Source: Nitrospirota bacterium
GTDB taxonomy: Bacteria > Nitrospirota > Thermodesulfovibrionia > SZUA-242
Direction of reading: 5' to 3'
Length of the DNA stretch: 64,000 bases
Assembly (NCBI GenBank): GCA_016212095.1
Contig: JACRHH010000015.1
Span: forward strand, 173,702-237,701
This document shows, piece after piece, positions 61,206 through 64,000 of the stretch. How positions within the stretch are numbered: the first letter of the stretch is position 1; the number at the start of each line of letters is the position of its first letter. Both the position numbers and the translations under genes were made by a program. A model generated the notes under the pieces. It worked only from the letters and a program-made list of their open reading frames with translations, made no database searches and was not told where the DNA came from.

Positions 61206-61904
61206 ATGATGCAGACAGTTGCAATAGTTCCGGCAGCCGGGCTTGGCCGTAGAATGGGCGGCTCGCGCAAGCCGTTTCTAGAAATCGGCGGCGTTCCGGT
61301 CATCGTTCATTCGCTCCGCCTTCTCCAGTCAATCGACTCAATTATCGAAATAATTCCGGCGGTTCGGCCCGACGACATGCCCGGCATTCGCGCCATGATC
61401 GAGCAGTATCAGATCACAAAAGCCGTTCGCATCGCGCCCGGCGGCGCGGAGCGTCAGGATTCCATTTTCAATGCGCTACAACTTGTGGACTGCAACGTGT
61501 GCGGCATTGTTCTTGTGCATGACGCTGTGCGCCCGTTTGCCGATGCCGCCATGGTCATGCGCCTTATTGACGCCGCAGCCGAGGGTTTTGGCGCGATTCC
61601 GGGCGTGCCGCTTAAAGATACCGTTAAGATCGTCGGCAAAGGCAATTTCGTTGAGTCCACTCCGTCACGTGAAAAACTTGTTGCGGTGCAGACACCGCAG
61701 GCGTTTCCGTGCGACATGCTGAAGCGCGCCTACGAATGCGCCATGGCCGACGGCGTTTACGCAACAGACGACGCGGCGCTTGTTGAACGGATCGGCGGAC
61801 GCGTAGTTGTTGTCCCCGGCTCATACGACAACATCAAGATAACAACGCCGGAGGATTTGGGCATTGCCGAAATAATCTGGCGGGGCATACATGGAGGAGC
61901 CTGA
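61206..61904 (+). CDS. ispD: 2-C-methyl-D-erythritol 4-phosphate cytidylyltransferase
   Basis: [40 protein letters not shown]. Confidence 0.97.
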   Translation: MMQTVAIVPAAGLGRRMGGSRKPFLEIGGVPVIVHSLRLLQSIDSIIEIIPAVRPDDMPGIRAMIEQYQITKAVRIAPGGAERQDSIFNALQLVDCNVCGIVLVHDAVRPFADAAMVMRLIDAAAEGFGAIPGVPLKDTVKIVGKGNFVESTPSREKLVAVQTPQAFPCDMLKRAYECAMADGVYATDDAALVERIGGRVVVVPGSYDNIKITTPEDLGIAEIIWRGIHGGA

Positions 61905-62374
61905 TGCCGCTTAGAATCGGGCACGGCTTCGACTCTCACCGCCTTGTCGAGGGGCGAAAACTCATTCTTGGCGGCGTTGAAATCCCGTTCTATAAAGGCC
62001 TGCTCGGCCATTCCGACGCCGACGTGCTCTGCCACGCCATAACCGACGCGATAATCGGCGGCCTTGGGCTTGGCGACATCGGACGGCATTTCCCCGACAC
62101 CGACCCGGCGTGGAAGAACGCAGACAGCATGTTTTTACTGGGCAACGTGGTAAACATGGCGGTTGAGCAAGGCTTCGAAATAGGCTGGATCGACTGCACG
62201 CTTATAGCCGAAAAGCCGAAAATAGCGCCGCATATCGAGGCTATGAAGGCGCGGATAGCGTCAGCCGGGATACCCGCAGATCGAATAAACATCAAGGCGA
62301 AAACAGCCGAGGGCATGGGGCCAGTTGGGCGAGGCGAGGGCATGGAGGCATACGCGGTATGCCTGCTGTTGTAG
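61904..62374 (+). CDS. ispF: 2-C-methyl-D-erythritol 2,4-cyclodiphosphate synthase
   Basis: [34 protein letters not shown]. Confidence 0.98.
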   Translation: MPLRIGHGFDSHRLVEGRKLILGGVEIPFYKGLLGHSDADVLCHAITDAIIGGLGLGDIGRHFPDTDPAWKNADSMFLLGNVVNMAVEQGFEIGWIDCTLIAEKPKIAPHIEAMKARIASAGIPADRINIKAKTAEGMGPVGRGEGMEAYAVCLLL

Positions 62375-62444
62375 GGCCGTTTTCAAACCGCCCCCAATGT
62401 ATCCAGCAATTTATCCGGTAATGGAACCAAACAACATTTTCCGG

Positions 62445-63821
62445 TCAGGCCATCCCGGTTGACAATATCTTGTTAAGCGACGAGCCCGCCTCCTCGAAAC
62501 AGGCTCTGTGGCCGTCGGGCAACGCGCCCCCTTCCCTGTCCAGGCAGTCGAATACCACCCGGCTGACCTTCTTCAACTGCCAGTAAAGCTCGTTCTGCAT
62601 CAGTTCCATGTCGGCAAAGTCATCAAAGGATCCCGGATCCGGTCTATCCTTCATGTCTTCAAGCCAGCGGAATATCTCATCCCGAACCAATCCGGACGAC
62701 GTGATCATCACGGCCACCGGCTTGCATGCCTTGAGCAGTTTCCGCTGCAAACCGGCATTGCCGAGCCGCGGCGCAAGATCGAGAATGTCGTGCAGAATCC
62801 AGACCGCGCCTTGGAGACTCTTGCCGCGCATGAGCAGGTGTGACACCAGCATCCGGATATCGCCGAAAGGGTTTACATGCGACGGCTCAAGCCCGGCCTT
62901 CCGTATGATGGAGTACATCGTTCGGTAGACCACCTGAAAGTGTGTATTGGCGTTCATGTGCAGGTATGGAACAGCGTCGCGCAGGTTGCGGCCCAGCCTG
63001 TCGAACTGCTTCACGCGTATAGCCTGCATACTGTCGGCCATGCCCACGATCTGCCCCATCATTTCCAGATGCTCGTCTGTTTTGCCCACCGGATAGCCGC
63101 TTCCGTCGCACCGCTCATGGTGCTCCAGAACGGCGGTTGCCGCGCGCGAATCGGAGCCGGGTATGTTTTTAAGAAGCAGTTGCCCAACGACAACATGGCT
63201 TTGTATGGCGCGCCACTCATCAGGCGAGAGCGCGCCGCGCTTGTTCACGATGTCGGGCGAGATATGCAGAAGTCCGATGTCATGACATAGCCCGGCAATG
63301 AATGCCACCTCGACCTCGTCGCTCCTGAGGCCTGCCTCCGAGGCCAGAAGCGCCGACAGCCAGGCGCAGAAGATCGACTTTTCGTACTCGGCCTGGAATT
63401 CCTCCCGCAATACGGTAAGCTTCTGCATTATGATCTTGTCCAGCCGGTTTCTTTTCAGTATGTTTTCGAGCGTCTTGTTGAAGCCAAGCGCCTCGTCGAT
63501 CTGTTTTACATCCGGGTATTTACCCTGCAATTTCTGGAAACAACCGCCAAGGCCGCTTGCGTCGATGGTTTTCTCAAGCACTACCTGTTCCTCAAGCGGC
63601 TTCAGGAGCTTGTGCTGGAGAATTTTCTCGGCAACCTCGCGGTTGATGCGGGAGCCTTTTTTCACTATCAGCAGGCCGTTTGCGTTATGAATATCCTCGG
63701 TCGAGATGACGTCCTGCCTGTCGTTCACGTTGGCAAGATGGCTCACATAGTGATTCTGTTCGGCTGCAACCTGTTCCAGTGCAGACAATGTTCCATTCCC
63801 GTTAGCAGCCATTGCCGTCAT
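62445..63821 (-). CDS. HD-GYP domain phosphodiesterase-family protein
   Basis: HDIG, HHERCDGSGYP, AD motifs. Confidence 0.9.
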   Translation of the reverse strand: MTAMAANGNGTLSALEQVAAEQNHYVSHLANVNDRQDVISTEDIHNANGLLIVKKGSRINREVAEKILQHKLLKPLEEQVVLEKTIDASGLGGCFQKLQGKYPDVKQIDEALGFNKTLENILKRNRLDKIIMQKLTVLREEFQAEYEKSIFCAWLSALLASEAGLRSDEVEVAFIAGLCHDIGLLHISPDIVNKRGALSPDEWRAIQSHVVVGQLLLKNIPGSDSRAATAVLEHHERCDGSGYPVGKTDEHLEMMGQIVGMADSMQAIRVKQFDRLGRNLRDAVPYLHMNANTHFQVVYRTMYSIIRKAGLEPSHVNPFGDIRMLVSHLLMRGKSLQGAVWILHDILDLAPRLGNAGLQRKLLKACKPVAVMITSSGLVRDEIFRWLEDMKDRPDPGSFDDFADMELMQNELYWQLKKVSRVVFDCLDREGGALPDGHRACFEEAGSSLNKILSTGMA

Positions 63822-64000
63822 CCGCGCTCTCCCGCTGAGTAACTTTTGACGATAAAATCATACAGCTTCCTGAAAACCTCAAACGAAGCTTCGTCTGCTA
63901 TAGCATTAATCTCGCCGCCCACCGCATAGCCGTCCCCGGTTTCAATGCAGTGAACCACGCGCACCCGGAACGATGTTTCGCCTGCGATGGAATACGGGGC
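63818..64000 (-). CDS. Partial CDS (C-terminus), possibly PilZ-like
   Basis: Open frame from the window edge ...FRVRVVHCIETGDGYAVGGEI...KLYDFI...*; TGA overlaps the HD-GYP ATG. Confidence 0.55.
   Translation of the reverse strand, partial: APYSIAGETSFRVRVVHCIETGDGYAVGGEINAIADEASFEVFRKLYDFIVKSYSAGERG

Overview
Gene-dense, GC-rich bacterial chromosomal window. Gene order and content suggest an anaerobic or microaerophilic, flagellated diderm of the Nitrospirota/Desulfobacterota type (inference). The core backbone is hisC (partial), RDD-mreBCD-mrdA-rodA-radical SAM fusion, rpiA, flgFG-flgA, glnS, speE, rpsO-pnp-M16, panC-slt-nadA-MidA, DUF4390-ntrY-ntrX, leuB-asd and ispDF. Accessory modules lie between these: (i) a sigma54 two-component system with a readable enhancer/IHF/-24-12 promoter driving a USP-TauE-TIGR02186-USP-USP operon, split from its regulator by a hicBA pair; (ii) a block of exported MBL hydrolase, DUF4350-like protein, DNA-repair-type radical SAM, a double-cubane-cluster reductase coupled to an exported tandem rhodanese, a DUF3187-like barrel and EndoQ; (iii) an AT-richer ArsR / CGCGC-peptide / 4-TM islet; (iv) a PerR operon with two uncharacterised Cys-rich proteins, a DUF4149-like protein and a flavodiiron protein. 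Other oddities are a eukaryote-like spermidine synthase, a stand-alone IMP cyclohydrolase domain, a FabI-like orphan reductase, a heme-c sensor lacking its ATPase domain, a four-helix-bundle gene remnant abutting an orphan livF, and repeated leaderless-type promoter geometry. No rRNA, tRNA, CRISPR array or transposase was recognised. Family assignments come from motif recognition by eye, not database searches.
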